Below are positions 24,052 through 37,521 of a stretch of 64,000 bases of DNA, in pieces (within the stretch, counting starts at the first letter, position 1; the number at the start of each line of letters is the position of its first letter). The notes beneath the pieces are model-generated. The model was not told the DNA's origin and ran no database searches. It saw only the letters and a list, made by a program, of their open reading frames with translations. The position numbers were made by a program, and so were the translations under genes. Source of the DNA: Antechinus flavipes (Eukaryota); contig NC_067399.1 in assembly GCF_016432865.1 (NCBI RefSeq), positions 655,836,001 through 655,900,000 of the forward strand, given 5' to 3'.

Positions 24052-25389
24052 TAAACATTTGCCAGACATTCGCTGAGATGAACCACAGCTTGATCCATGA
24101 GGGTTGATGGAGCACCTCCAGGTTAGCTTGTCAGAGACACGTTCCGTGGGAGACACGAAAAGGGCTGGTGAAAAGACACGGGGTCCCTGCCTTCAACAGG
24201 CTTACAGTTCAGAGGGGGAAATAACATGTGCATGGGGAAAATTAACAGAACAATATAGAGTAAATAGGAAGGGTATCAAAGAGTGAGTCACTGGGGGGCT
24301 GTGGGCAAGTTTCTATCTCAGTTTCTGTAACTGCAGAACTTTGTAGTTTTAAACCTGCTCCAACTCCCCTCATTTTACAGATGAACATAACTGGCCCCAC
24401 AGAAAATATGGGATTTGGATAAGGTCAATAAATGGCAGGGACTGGATCCCAGTCCAAATCCAGTAATCCCTTTCAAGATACTGACCTTTTCTTGAATTTA
24501 ATTTTTGTTTCCTTCTCCTACTGTGCCTGTCCCATAAATGAGGTATTGTAGGGTATTTGATTTTAAATATAACAAATCAGTATTTCACGTATTTGTGATT
24601 TTCTTAGTGTGGTCACTCTCTCCGCCAATGGAAATCCCAATCCTCTTGAGCTTGCTTTCAGATGCTCTTCTGGAGTTTTGCTGGTCCCCAAATCTCTTGC
24701 CTTATGGCCAGCTTCTCCAAGCTTATGTAGACTGGTCCTTAGGAGAAGTGAGGATTAGCCATCACTGGGCCCATCTCCTGACAGGGATTGTCATCCATTG
24801 GCCAACGAATTGACCTAGAACTCAGAACTCAGTGTCTAGATCCAGGGCTCTTGCCACAGACTTCAGAACATTTAAGCACCTTAATGGAGCAGGATCCAAA
24901 TCTGTGTGGCTACTCCCTCTGCTGGGAGGATCTAAATCCATCTTTGTCTTCTCATCCTTCTCCTCCTAGCCAAAGGGCACAGAGTACTAGGATTGGAATC
25001 ATCACCTTCATGGGTTCAAATTCAGCCTCAGACACTTACTAGCAGTGTGGCCTTGGGCAAATCACTTAATCCTGTTTGCTTCAGTTCCTCCTTTGTAAAA
25101 TGAGATGGAGAAGTCAACCGCTAACCTCTCCAGTGTCTTTGTCAAGAAAATCCCATGCATGAATCGACACAACTGAAATGACTCAACAACCTATCTAATC
25201 AGTTCTGCTCTACATCCTTTCATGCAGCTTTTTGTTGACTGTCAGATGTTCAATGAATGTCTTTTCATTCCGAGCTTAAACCTGACCTACTAAACCAGAT
25301 CTAGTCAGACCTGGTTCACTACAATTATGCCTTCAAGACCTATCTGACTCACCACTTCTGATGATATCTGGGTTTTTTTTTTAAACTCT

Positions 25390-26250
25390 TTATTTTTGAT
25401 AGTATTTTATTTTGTCAACATTCACCTTTGCAAAACCTTGTGTTTCAAATTTTTCTCCCTTTCCTCTTCCCAAGATAGCAAACAATCCAATATAGTTTAA
25501 ACACGTGCAATTCTTCTAAACAGATTTCTATATTCATTATGCTATGCAAAAAAAAAAAAATCAGATCAAAAGAGGGGAAAATACAAGAAAGGGGGGGAAA
25601 ACAAGCAAATAAACAATAACAAAAGTGAAAAGACTATGCTTTGATGTGCATTCAGTCTCCATAGTTCTCTCTCTGGATGCGGATGGCACTTTCCATCCCA
25701 AGTCTATTGGAATTGCCTCGAATCACCTCATTGTAAAAAGATCCAAGTCTATCACAGTTGATCATCACGTAGCCTTATTGTTGCTGTGTAAAATGATCTC
25801 CTGGTTCTGCTCACTTCATTCAGCATCAGTTCATGTAAGTCTTTCCAGGCTTTCCTGAAATCAGCCTGATCATTATTTCTTATAGAACAATAATATTCCA
25901 TAACCTTCATATACCACAATTTATTCAGCCATTCTCCAGCTGATGGCTATCCACTCAGTTTCCAGTTTCTTGCCACTACAAAAAGGGCTGCCACAAACAT
26001 TTTTGCACACGTGAGTTCTTTTCTCTCTTTTATGATCTTTTTGGGATACAAGCCCAATAGAAACACTGCTGGATCAAAGGGGATGCATACTTTGATAGTC
26101 TTTTAGTCACAGTTCCAAATTACTCTCCAGAATGGTGGGATCAGTGTACAGCTCCACCAACAATGTATTAATGTTCTAGTTTCCCCCACCTCTCCTCCGA
26201 TATTCATCATTATCTTTTCCTGTCCTCTTGGCCAATGTGAGAGGTGTGGA
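25390..26250 (-). mobile_element. marsupial L1 3' fragment
   Basis: Same L1 ORF2 end/3'UTR motifs (ccattctccagctgatgg...gtttcttgccactacaaaaagggctgcc). Confidence 0.8.
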
Positions 26251-26872
26251 GTACCTGTTCTTTATAAGCAGAGGGGCATGATGTTAAGGGGAAAGAGAGC
26301 TGAATCTGGAGTCAGCAGCCCTGGGGCAAAATTCTGACCTTGCCATTGGTACCTCTGTAACCTTTGACAAGCCATTTAGATTCTCTAGACCTCAGTTTTC
26401 TGAGAAAAGGAGGGGCTTATACCAGTAGAATTCTAGACCTATGGTTCTGTGTTTCTTATTTCCCTTCTTGAGCACGAGTCATCATTGATCACTTGCTGCT
26501 GAGCCTGCTGCATGATGATTCTCTCAGTGTCTTTTGGGTCACCTGCCATCTGAGTTCTTTGGAGACTAAAGTACTCCCTGATTCACAGTTCTGTGACATT
26601 GCCAAAGGAATACTGATGTGAAAATGGGTTTGGGAATCTCTGAAGGCACTTCCCAATTCTGAATTGTCAATCAGCTCTCTCTCTTAATTCTGTAACCAGC
26701 TCATTGTCCATCAACACACTGTGTCTTCCCCCTTAAGATTAGTGCTCATTTATTCTTGTGTACATCTTTGTAACCTGGAATTCTAGATACATTTCTATAA
26801 GGCTTTTCTCATTGGTGTAGAGATATTTGTCAATTCACTCAAACTTTTAGTTATATCTTCCTAGAAACAACA

Positions 26873-27042
26873 NNNNNNNNNNNNNNNNNNNNNNNNNNNN
26901 NNNNNNNNNNNNNNNNNNNNNNNNNNNNNNNNNNNNNNNNNNNNNNNNNNNNNNNNNNNNNNNNNNNNNNNNNNNNNNNNNNNNNNNNNNNNNNNNNNNN
27001 NNNNNNNNNNNNNNNNNNNNNNNNNNNNNNNNNNNNNNNNNN
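26873..27042. other. assembly gap (170 N)
   Basis: Run of N. Confidence 1.
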
Positions 27043-28365
27043 TTGCTTCCTTCTTTCTCATCTTCCTCCCTCCCTGTTTCCCTCTCTCTCCCATCTCACA
27101 AAATCAGAAGACTCATAATGGAGAGAAAAACCAAGAACTTCTAACTTAATGTACCTATATATATGCATATATATATATATATATATAAAACCTTTTTCTT
27201 ATTAAAAAATCTACAAACAAAAATGTAGGGTTTTTTGCATGTTGCCACTCCCACGGGAAGGCAGACACTGTGTTTTGCCTTTCTTGTATCCCTAACACTT
27301 AGCACAGTGCCTGGAACACAGCAAGCACTGACTAGGGTCACCTCCATGGGTTGCCCACCCGACTTCATGCGACCATCTAGAGAAGAAGCATTCTCCACAG
27401 TTAGCAAGACTTCTCAGGATTTCACGCCACCCGGCATGTTGAGAAATCAGGGCTGGGCATCTCTGCCTGGAAGCATGGGCAGCTCCTTTATAAATGTAAG
27501 ATCCAGGATTCTTAGCTCTTTCAAGCTAGGAAGAACATGAAAAACAAGGTGGTGCCCAAAGGCCTTGGATATTACCAGCATGGAGGAGGTGCTGTCTTTA
27601 AGGGAGAACAAGTAAAGGCTGGTCTCTACACTCCTTTGGGTTGTTATGACTCTATTATGTTAGAAGTCACAAGTTTTGTAGCTAAGTTTGGGAAGGGCGG
27701 ATGGCTCTGTTTAGTCTCAGTGGTTACAAAACAGCTGCTTTTATGAGACCAGAGTATTTTTTTTTCGTGAAATGTCACGAAAATCTGCAAAGGATGTGGC
27801 GCACTTTGTCCAGCTTCTCTGAAGGGATGAATTAGGAAGGCATGGGTTCATCACCTGCTGCATCTGACACTTGCTGGCTGTGTGACTCAGGAAAGTTAAT
27901 CAACTTCTCTGAGCCTCCATTCCCTTATTGCAAAATGGAAATAGGAAAATCTGGAGGGTGATGGAGTGAACAGAGAGAGGGAAGTTCTCCTGACACTTCT
28001 TGGCTGTGTGATCTTTCTTCATTTATCTTATACTATAAGAATGAAGGTTGTCCTAGATGATTCTGGTCCTGAATCCTATAATTGCAATGTTGTGCAGATG
28101 ACATGCTATGGCAATGGATGAACCAAGGCTAGAATCCAGTTCCCAATCTTTCAGACCAGGATTCCCCAGACTAAGTGGTTCCCTATACCCACCTCTCTCT
28201 GTATTTCCTCCCTGAAGGGTTTCTTCAGTTTCCATAGGTGTCATATCTGATCGACCATCTAGCCCAAGTCTTTCTCTTGAATTCTACTTTAGGCAAGCAT
28301 TATCAGGTATTTGGTTCATAATTTGTCCCTCTCTTTTTACCTATTTTATACATTCCTATACTCTG

Positions 28366-28505
28366 CGTGTTTTCCAAATTTTTTGGCATATTGAGTGCGA
28401 CAGTTGAACAGACCACCTTTTAGGATTTTAAACAGCTCAATGGGAATGCAATCATCTCCACTGGCCTTATTGTCAGCAGTGCTTCCTAGTTCCACTTTAG
28501 CATTC
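28366..28505 (-). mobile_element. BovB/RTE LINE fragment
   Basis: Translates ELGSTADNKASGDDCIPIELFKILK, like the recalled BovB ALGSITTNKASGGDGIPAELFQILK. Confidence 0.7.
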
Positions 28506-28509
28506 ATTT

Positions 28510-29480
28510 TTAAAACTTTGAGTTCCAGCTTCTTTTCCTTCCCCCCAATTGACAATGCAAGTGATTCAATATAGGTTATCCATGTGTAGTTATGCAAAAC
28601 ATTTCCATAATAATTATGTTGTAAAATAAAACATAAATCCCCCCCCCCAAAATCTTTTTAAAAAGTTAAAAAAAAAAAGTATGTTTCAATCTGCATTCAG
28701 ATACCATCAGATACCACCAGTTCTTTCTCTGAGTATGGATGGCATTTTTCATCCTTCAGAGTTATCTTGAATCATTGCTAAGAATAGTGATCATTCACAG
28801 GTGATGATCATCTTACATTATTGCTATTACTTATACATTACTTATACATAGCATCTTTTCCTTTGTATCAGCTCATGGAAGGCTTTCCAGGTTTTTCTGA
28901 GAGCATCCTGCTCATTATTTCTTATAGCACAACAATATTCCATCATAATTACATATCACAATTTATTCAACTATTCTCCAATCGATAGGAATCCCCTTGG
29001 TTCCAATTCTTTGCCCCCAGAAAAGATATGCTATAAATATTTTTGTACATATAGATCCTTTTCCTTTTCGTTTTTTATTTCCTTTGTGATACAGACCTAT
29101 TGGCGGTATTGTTAGGTCAAAGGGTATGCACAGTTTTATAGTCCTTTGGGCACAGTTCCAAATCATTTTACAGAATCATTGATTCAGTTCACAATTTCAC
29201 AAACAGTACATTAAATTCTCAATTTTCCCATATTCCCTTTAACATTTGTCATTTTCCTTTTCTGCCTTATTAGCCAATCTAATAAGTAAGTGGTAGCACT
29301 TCAAAAGTGTTTTAATTTCCATTTCTCCAATCAATAATGAATTAGAGCATTTTTTCATTTGACTATAGATAGCTTCATCTGAAAATTGTTCTTATCTTTT
29401 GATCATTAATCAGTTGGGGAATGGCTCTTCTTTTTACACATGTGACTCAATTCTGTATATGCTTAAGAGATTATGGATTT
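28510..29480 (-). mobile_element. older L1 3' fragment
   Basis: ORF 28963-29166 (IWNCAQRTIKLCIPFD...IGLY) is L1 ORF2-like. Confidence 0.75.
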
Positions 29481-30349
29481 TTCAGAGAAACTTGCTTCAA
29501 TTTTTTCCCATAATTATTCTTGCTAACTGTTCTCCCCCCGTTTATTCTTTTTTTTTTTTCACTGTCCCTCTTCAAAAGTATTTGGCTTCTGATTATCTTC
29601 TCCCCCAATCTGCTCTTCCTTCTATCACCCCTCCTCCTCCTATTATATTACAGGATAAGACAGATTTCTGTTTTCAATTGAGCATATTTGTTATTCTCTT
29701 TTTGATCTATATAAATATAAATAATTAATCAAAAAAATCTTTTCCTTGAAAAATAAAAGGCTGGAAAACCAGGTAACAAGTAATTAGGGAAGAGCTGAAC
29801 AAACTGCAATATTATTACTCCAGAAGAAATAACAAGTATGGCAAATCCAGAAAAGCTTGAGAAGTCTCTTATTAAAGTGATAAGAGAATGAGATGAGCAG
29901 AACTGAGAGACAATGACCATAATGATGTAAAGGCAACATAATTTAAAAATTGACCAGTCGTGACTGATGAAGCATGCTTACTTCTTCTTGGTATAGAGAT
30001 AGTGGATTAGAGGTACAGAATGAGACATATCATTTTCAGATGTGATCAGTGTGCTAAATGGATTTGTTTAACTATATTTACTGATTACACAGAAGAGCTT
30101 CTAATGGAACTAGAGATAGTGATAAGAGGTTTTAAAAGAAAAGAATGTCAATAGAACATTTAAAACTACATAGAATAAAACAAACTATTTCAGAAAGGAG
30201 TAGAATTGTATTACTTCAGAGTTAAATTTTGTTAAATTTTAAAAACCCAAACAAACATGATAAGATTTCACGATTTTAAAAGTTCTCCTTTTTTGCTCTT
30301 TGTATACTAAAAAATTCATGTCTTGGTGACTCTCCAACAATGAGATGAA

Positions 30350-30720
30350 CCAAATAAATTAAAATTGTTCAATAATGAAGAGAACCAGCTACACCCAGTG
30401 AAAGATTTATGGGAAATGAGTGTGGACCACAATATAGCATTTCTACTCCCTCTGTTTTTATCTGCTTGCATTTTTGTTTTCCTTCTCAGATTATTTTTAC
30501 CTTCTTTCTAAATCCAATTTTTCTTGTGCAGCAAGATAAAAGTATGTATACATATGTTGCATTTAACATATACTTTAACATATTTAACATGTTTTATCTA
30601 CCTTCCATCTAGGGGAAGGGGTGGGTGGAAAGGAGGGGAAAAGTTGGAACAGAAGGTTTTGCAAGGGTCAATGCTGAAAAAATTACCCATGCATATGTCT
30701 TGTAAATAAAAAGAGAAAAT
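30350..30720 (+). mobile_element. young marsupial L1 3' end
   Basis: gagaaccagctacacccagtgaaag...ttacccatgcatatgtcttgtaaataaaa, the same family as 20985-21300. Confidence 0.75.
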
Positions 30721-31919
30721 AAAAAATTCATGTCTTGTATGACCTACCTATAATAGATTGTTTGCCATCATGGGGAGGGAGGAGAGAGAGAGAGAGAAAA
30801 AAATGGAAATAAAAATCTTATAAAAGTAAATGTTGAAAACTGAAAAATAAAAATAAAAAGGATGTTAAAAAATGAAGATACTACTCAAGAAAAAAATGAA
30901 ATGTGCATGTTCGCTGATGATTGATAGGCCCATAATAAAAAAAATTCAAATATCTATATTAGTTGATGCAGAATGAAGTAAATTTAAATTTAAGTTAGAA
31001 AACTAAAATATTCTGGAAAATATAAAGCACTAGAGAAATGAGACCCATTCTCATTCTCAACCAGGTAGTCAACTGCCCCAATAGAGAGGAGGAGAGATGA
31101 AAAGGGAGGGCAGACATGCTGGTTATCAGCTGGAGGAGACCTCACACCCAATCTGCATCAAGGCAGGAAGCTTCTCTAAACTCTCTCCAACAAATGGTCA
31201 GACAGACTGTACTGAAGACCTCTAGTGTGGGAGAACCCACTAGTCTTCTAGACAGAACATTTTAAAAAGCAATTTGGAATAATGTAAAAAAAGAAGGGGA
31301 GCTAAAAGGTCTAGTTCTTTTGAAATCCCAAGCTGAGTATATATCCCAAGGAAGCCACTGATAAGAAGAAACTCCATTTTTCACACAAGCATTTTTTTTG
31401 TGATAGCAAAAAAATTGGAAACAAAGTAGATTTCCCTGGATTAGGGAATGGTTAAAGAAATAATGAGTATGAATGTAACAGAGTATTATTGTGCTATGAA
31501 ATGATGTGTGACAAATACAGAGAAATATTCAAATATCTATATGAATTGATGCAGAATGAAGTAAACAAACCAAGAAAACAATATACACAACAAAAATTTA
31601 ATACAGTGACTTTATACCAAAAACTCCAAAGTAAACATAACAAAATTATCAAGATCAAGCAGGACTCTAATAAAGAAATATGAGAGGACACCCCCAACCC
31701 ACTTTTTCATGAAGGCAGGAAGTTCTCAGGTATTATATATGGACTTTTTCAATATAAATATATTGATAAGTTGTATTGATTTTTCCCCTTATCCTTTCCT
31801 TGTTTTTGTCTTAAAAGAGATAATATTTGTTATATGGGATGGCTCACTGGAAAAGAGGAAGGGTGTTGGATAAAACTATGATGATATGAAAAACAGAAGC
31901 TATCAATAAAAACATTTTT

Positions 31920-32830
31920 AAAAAGTAGTTGTCCAACTCTGAGGCACCACTTCACACCTCTCAGATGAGTTAAGATAACAGAAAAAGATAATGTTGGAGG
32001 GAAAAACTAGGACACTAATGCATTGTTGGTTGAGTTGTGAACAGATCCAACCATTCTGGAGAGCAATTTGGAATGAGGCCCAAAGGACTATCAAATTGCA
32101 CATACCCCTCTGACCCAGCAGTGTTAATATTGGGCTTATATCCCAAAGAGATCTTAAAGGCGGGAAAGGGACATGGGCAGAAATGTTTGTGACGGCCCTT
32201 TTTGTAGTGGCAAGAAACTGGAAACTGCGTGGCTGCCCATCAGTTGGGGACTGGCTGAATAAATCATGGTATATGAATGCTATGGAATATTATTGTTTGC
32301 TAAGAAATGACCAGCAGGATGATTTCAGAGAGTCCTGGAGAGACTTACAGGAACTGATGCTGAGTAAAGTGAGTAGAACCAGGAGAACATTGTATATGGC
32401 AACAGCAAGATTATGTGATGATTAACTGTGGTGGACTTGGATCTTTTCAACAGTGGTATGATTCAAGACAATTCCAATAGACTTGGGATAGAAAGTGCCA
32501 TCTGCGTCCAAAGAAAGAACTATAAAAACTGAATGTGGATCAAAGCATAGTATTTTCACTATTTTTGTTCTTGTTTTTTGTTTGCTTGTTTTCTCTTTAT
32601 TGTGTTTTTTTAATTGTCTGATATTTTTACACAGCATGATGAATATGGAAATATGTTTAGAAGAACTGCACATGTTTAACCTATATCAAATTGCTTGCCA
32701 TCTTGGAGAGAGAGAAGGAAAGAAGAGAGGGGAAAAAATTGGGAAGGCAAGGTTTTGCAAAAGTGAATATTAAAAATTATCTCTGCATATATTTGGACAA
32801 ATAAAATATTATTTTAAAGGGCTTTATGAA
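31920..32830 (+). mobile_element. L1 3' fragment
   Basis: ORF 32183-32425 MFVTALFVVARNWKLRGCPSVGDWLNKSWYMNAMEYY is the L1 ORF2 C-terminus. Confidence 0.85.
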
Positions 32831-33452
32831 AGGCCTAACAAGTTTCTAAAATAAAATTAAAATTTTGAATTAAATAATAAAAACTAGTAGTCATGGAAAA
32901 AGCTGCCTGGGAAAATCCCTTTTTGTAGTTCATCCATGAAACATTCTTACCACTTCATCTCTGCCAGAGTTTACAGATGACAAAATGTTTTTCCATATCA
33001 CAAATCAGAGATCTAGAGCTAGAAAGGGCTTTGAGGCTATCTAATGAAATAATCAATCCATCAACAAGTTTTTATTAAACTGAGCCCACAAGTGCAAAGA
33101 GTAAAAAAACTTTGCTCTCAAAGAGTTTATATTCTAACAGGGAAGACAACCATATACCTCTTTATCTATCTGTCTATCTATCCATCCATCCATTCATCCA
33201 TCCATCCGTATATTTATCATTCTTTCTTTTATTTCTATTATCTCTTTATATATATCATGTGTATCTTTGTATATATACATATATATGTGTGTGTGTGTAT
33301 CCTGGGGGTATATATGTATATACAGACCCACATGTCCACATAGAAAGCATATAGTCCAATCCATTCTGCTATGCTGTACTGCCTCTCTTTTCTGGGGAGC
33401 TCATTAATCTAAATTTTTAAATTGAAAAAATAAGGCATCTCATGAGATGACC

Positions 33453-33763
33453 CGTAGAGAGCCGGAAGTCTGGAAAAGTACACTTCAAACAAGGTGTTAA
33501 CTCAGTGGAACTGATGAGATGATGGTTCTCTTGTTCACATATATACTTAGTACTTAGCATGGTGATGTAATGGTTCTCTAAGTTCACACATAATCAGTGT
33601 GCTGTAATGATGTAATTGCAATAAGGTATAAAAGGGCTAAGAAGGATTAGAAGAGAGACATTCTATCTTTGACCAGCCTCGTGGTGACTCTCCTGCCTCC
33701 TGCCTCCTGCACTAAGATCAAGACTGGTCCGGAGAACCTCCAGAAAGCTAGCCGGACGTGACA
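33453..33763 (+). mobile_element. solo LTR of an endogenous retrovirus (ERV2-like by TSD length)
   Basis: Flanked by a perfect 6-bp TSD ATGACC (33447-33452, 33764-33769); starts cGTAG (TG>CG), ends GACA; TATAAAAG at 33627-33634. Confidence 0.85.
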
Positions 33764-34440
33764 ATGACCAGATCGCCCACACAATACGACTTTTTGGGAA
33801 GATGAGTAACATATCAGAAGGAAACATTAGCCAGAGAGTACTTCAGGAGACAAAACCTTCAGTCAACTAATACACCAAATTTGATTGAGAAAATTCAATC
33901 AAGGACATGTAAAGATGACAGAAATACCAAAAAATAATAACCCATGGAAAATGCTTTCAAAAACCTTAAGACTGTTATCCCTAGACAAGAACCAGCCAAG
34001 TCATCTTTTCCTTGGCACTCTGGGAAACCTCCAACCTCTTCTTCTCATTGGTGACTTCTGCCTTTTCAGAAATGACTCCAGCCATCCATCCCGTCTGGAA
34101 TCTCTCCTTCCATCTCTTTCTCATCATCTGTTGAATTGCACCCTTTCCCCTTTCCTCCTCTGGTCCTCTCTCATTTCCAACTCCTTTTTTATGTGTTGTC
34201 TTCTCCTGCTAACATGTAAATTCCTTGAAAGCAGAGATTGCATTACTTATATTTTATCTCCAGTGCTCAGACAGGGCCCGGCACCACATAACCACCTAAT
34301 AATCTATTTGTCCATTTGTCTATTCATCTAGCTATGCAATAGGTTAAAGAGAAGAAGAAACACAAACCATTTCTTGGGGAAGGGAGGTTAGTTCAACAGA
34401 AACACTTCCAAACATTAAAGGTCACTTAATCATGAGGGCA

Positions 34441-34632
34441 GATTACCTAAGGTGGTTGTAGCTTCTTTTCCCCCAAAGGTGTCTAGAACTAGGGTAGACA
34501 CCATCTCCCCTAGATGGTGTGGGGTGGGTGTCTCGATGACCCAGACGTTAATGGTCTTTAAAGTTCCCTTCCAGGCGCAGAATCCCATGACGCCATGAAT
34601 CAGGCGGAATGTGACGAGGTTGCCTGGACAAC
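34441..34632 (-). promoter_or_regulatory. candidate germ-cell promoter/first exon of HK1 testis transcripts
   Basis: Locally CpG-containing unique sequence with X-box-like GTTGCCTGGACAAC (34619-34632), half-CRE TGACG (34612-34616), CRE-like TGACGCCA (34588-34595) and a minus-strand donor tag|gtaatc (34441-34446). Confidence 0.4.
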
Positions 34633-36699
34633 TCCAGCTTTCGAGCCATAATTCCCTGGCAGCCCAGACCAGCGCCGGCTCACACATCCAGCCTGGTCTC
34701 GTAGCAGGGATGTCAGACTAGAAGCCTGCCCCAGTGCTAACCACCAGGGTGACCTTGGTGAGTCCCACTGCCCCAGCCAAGATCTGTTTCCTTACCTGTA
34801 GAAGGACAGTGGGACATCGGTCAGATGGACCCCTTAAGGTCCCTTCTCCAGGTCTAAAGTTCCTATGTGGAGAGACAGACTAAATGGTGAGAGAACTTGG
34901 TAAAGTCTTTACTCATGTACTTCTATGAAGAGGATTGGGAGAGAAGAAACAGAAGTGGTAGCTTTTAACAACCAGCTCTCTGAAGGCATAATGCATGATC
35001 AAAATTTTCTCCATCATTTTCTTAAGTTGAAATTATCCACAAAACCATAAATCAAGCCCTGATATGTGACATTTGCTGATTTTCAAGGTGCAAATGCTCA
35101 CGGTGAATATTTAACAATCAGTTTTCCTGGGCTGTTGGAGCTGGTTATGGAAAACAAAGGGAACTTAAATCATGGTAGAATCAGGGAAGTTGGGGTGGTT
35201 TATGGAAAGGGAAAGGACTGGGGAAAATAATCAAGGCAGGGAGAACAGTATGGTGCAGTGGTAGAATCACTGGATTGAAAGTTATTGGTCAGGCAAGCAA
35301 GCATTTATTAAACATCTCTTATGTGTTAGAGATTTGGGGCTGGAGAAGACCTGAGTGGTAAAAAAACAACAGTAGTAGTGTGTCTTAACACGCAATGGTA
35401 GATTAAAGGAAATACTTCCTCATGTACTACCTTACAGACCAGGAAATCAGGAGATTCTGGAATGGGGGTCTATTCTCAGTCCAATCTACTTATTTTACAG
35501 GTGAGGAAACTGAGGCTTAGAGTGAGAAAGTGGAATGGTTAGTGTCCCCAGAAAGTCCTCTCAAGTGGAAGACACTTGAGAAACAGCGTCTCAGATTGGA
35601 AAGAACCCTGTTTGGAGTGAGAAGACCTGAGTTTGAGTCTTTTTTAGGACAACTTAAGATTGTTAGGACACTTCTGCCTTGTCTCAAGCCCAAATTTTCA
35701 ACCTATCTCCTCCCCACTAATCCCCCTTACTGCTCCATTTGTGCCCTGAATTTCCTCTCCAAAAAAGCCTTTCCCATCTGTCCCATCACCCAGTGGTTCT
35801 TCTCCGGGCAGAACATCCCCAGTTCTTTCAACTGGGCAGACTTGGCTCTCTCCACCACCTTGGATCCAGCTTCTCAAGGCTCTTCTTAAAATGGGAGTCC
35901 AGCACACAACAGTTCAGGTATGGCCAGACTAGGGAGATCAGACTAGGGATTACTGTCCCATTCTTGGAACGTATACATTTCTAAACCTGCCTGAGCTCTA
36001 AAATTTCCCTCCTGGTTATGTTTCCAACTCTTGCAGACGTGACCACCATGATTCAGCTTCCTTCTCACCCTGCAATGTCTTTCCACTCATATCTGTCTCC
36101 CATTGCGGGGCTCCTTCTAGGGAGTTTCCATTTGGGGGACAGACATAGGTCTACTATGTATCCTTCTTCTTCCAGATGAACTTCTCTCTCTCCATACTAA
36201 CAAGTAACTTTATCTGCCTTAATCCACTGGAGAAGGAAACGGCAAACTACTCCAGTATCTATGACCCATGGACAGTATTGCTGTCTATTGTCCACAGGGT
36301 CACAAAGATTTGGACAAGACTGAACAAAAGAGCAATATCCAGAGAGCCTGGTACACAATAAACATGTAGTTCCATTCCTGGCTTCCATATCCATTTTGAC
36401 TCAAGAGAAAGGAGGAAAGGGATGGTTTCAGAGAAACCTGGGAAGACTCCCAAGAACTGATAGAGAGTAAAGGGAGCAGAACCAGGAAAAGAATTGAGAG
36501 AGAGAAAAGATTTGCGAATTGGACAATGAAAACACCAGCCACAACTGCAGAGGAGCAAGAATAATGACATACGGTTTTGGATATAACTGATTCAAGAATT
36601 TGTTTTGCTTGCTTATAAGTGTTTGTTACATGAGAAGATTTTTAAAAAAATATTGTGTGTGTTAGTGATTCTGTTGCCAAAAAAGGGAGGGAAGGCAAG

Positions 36700-37420
36700 A
36701 AAAGTCTTGATAAATGTTTGTGGCAGCCCTCTTTGTAGTGGCCAGAAACTGGAAACTGAGTGGATGCCCATCAATTGGAGAATGGCTGAATAAATTGTGG
36801 TCTATAAATAATATGGAATATTATTGTTCGATAAGAAACGACCAACAGGATGATTTCAGAAAGGCCTGGAGAGACTGACATGAACTGATGCTGAGTGAAA
36901 TGAGCAGGACCAGGAGATCATTATATACCTCAACAACAATACTATATGATGATCAATTCTGATGGACCTGGCCATCTTCAGCAATGAGATGAAACAAATC
37001 AGTTCTAATGGAGCAGTAATGAACTGAACCAGCTACGCCCAGTGAAAGAACTCTGGGAGATGACTAAGAATCATTACATCAAATTCCCAATCCCTATATT
37101 TTTGCCCGCCTGCATTTTTGATTTCCTTCACAGGCTAACTGTACAATATTTCGGAGTCCTTTGTACAGCAAAATAACGGTTTGGACATGTATATCTATTT
37201 TGTATTTAATTTATACTCAATATCTTTAACATGTATTGGTCATCCTGCCATCTAGGGGAGGGGGTGGAGAGGAGGGAAAAACTGGAACAAAAGGTTTGGC
37301 AATTGTCAATGTTGTAAAATTACCCATGCATATAACTTGTAAATGAAAAGTTATTAAAATTTTTTTAAAAAGCTATAATAAAAATTAAAAAACAAACAAA
37401 CAAACAAAAAACAAAAAGAA
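36700..37420 (+). mobile_element. L1 3' fragment ending in an (AAAC)n tail
   Basis: ctttgtagtggccagaaactggaaactgagtggatgcccatcaattggag... through the A-rich tail. Confidence 0.85.
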
Positions 37421-37515
37421 AAGCTTTGATAAAGCACTTTAAAATGCACAGCAGAGATCAAAGGGAAGTTCAGAAGCAGACATAATCAGGACTTCTTTGA
37501 AACTAACATGTTAAA

Positions 37516-37521
37516 TTTATT
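37516..37521 (-). terminator. candidate HKDC1 polyadenylation signal (AATAAA)
   Basis: First canonical AATAAA on the minus strand after the stop codon, ~800 nt downstream; only variants (GATAAA 37751-37756, TATAAA 37541-37546) come earlier. Confidence 0.4.
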
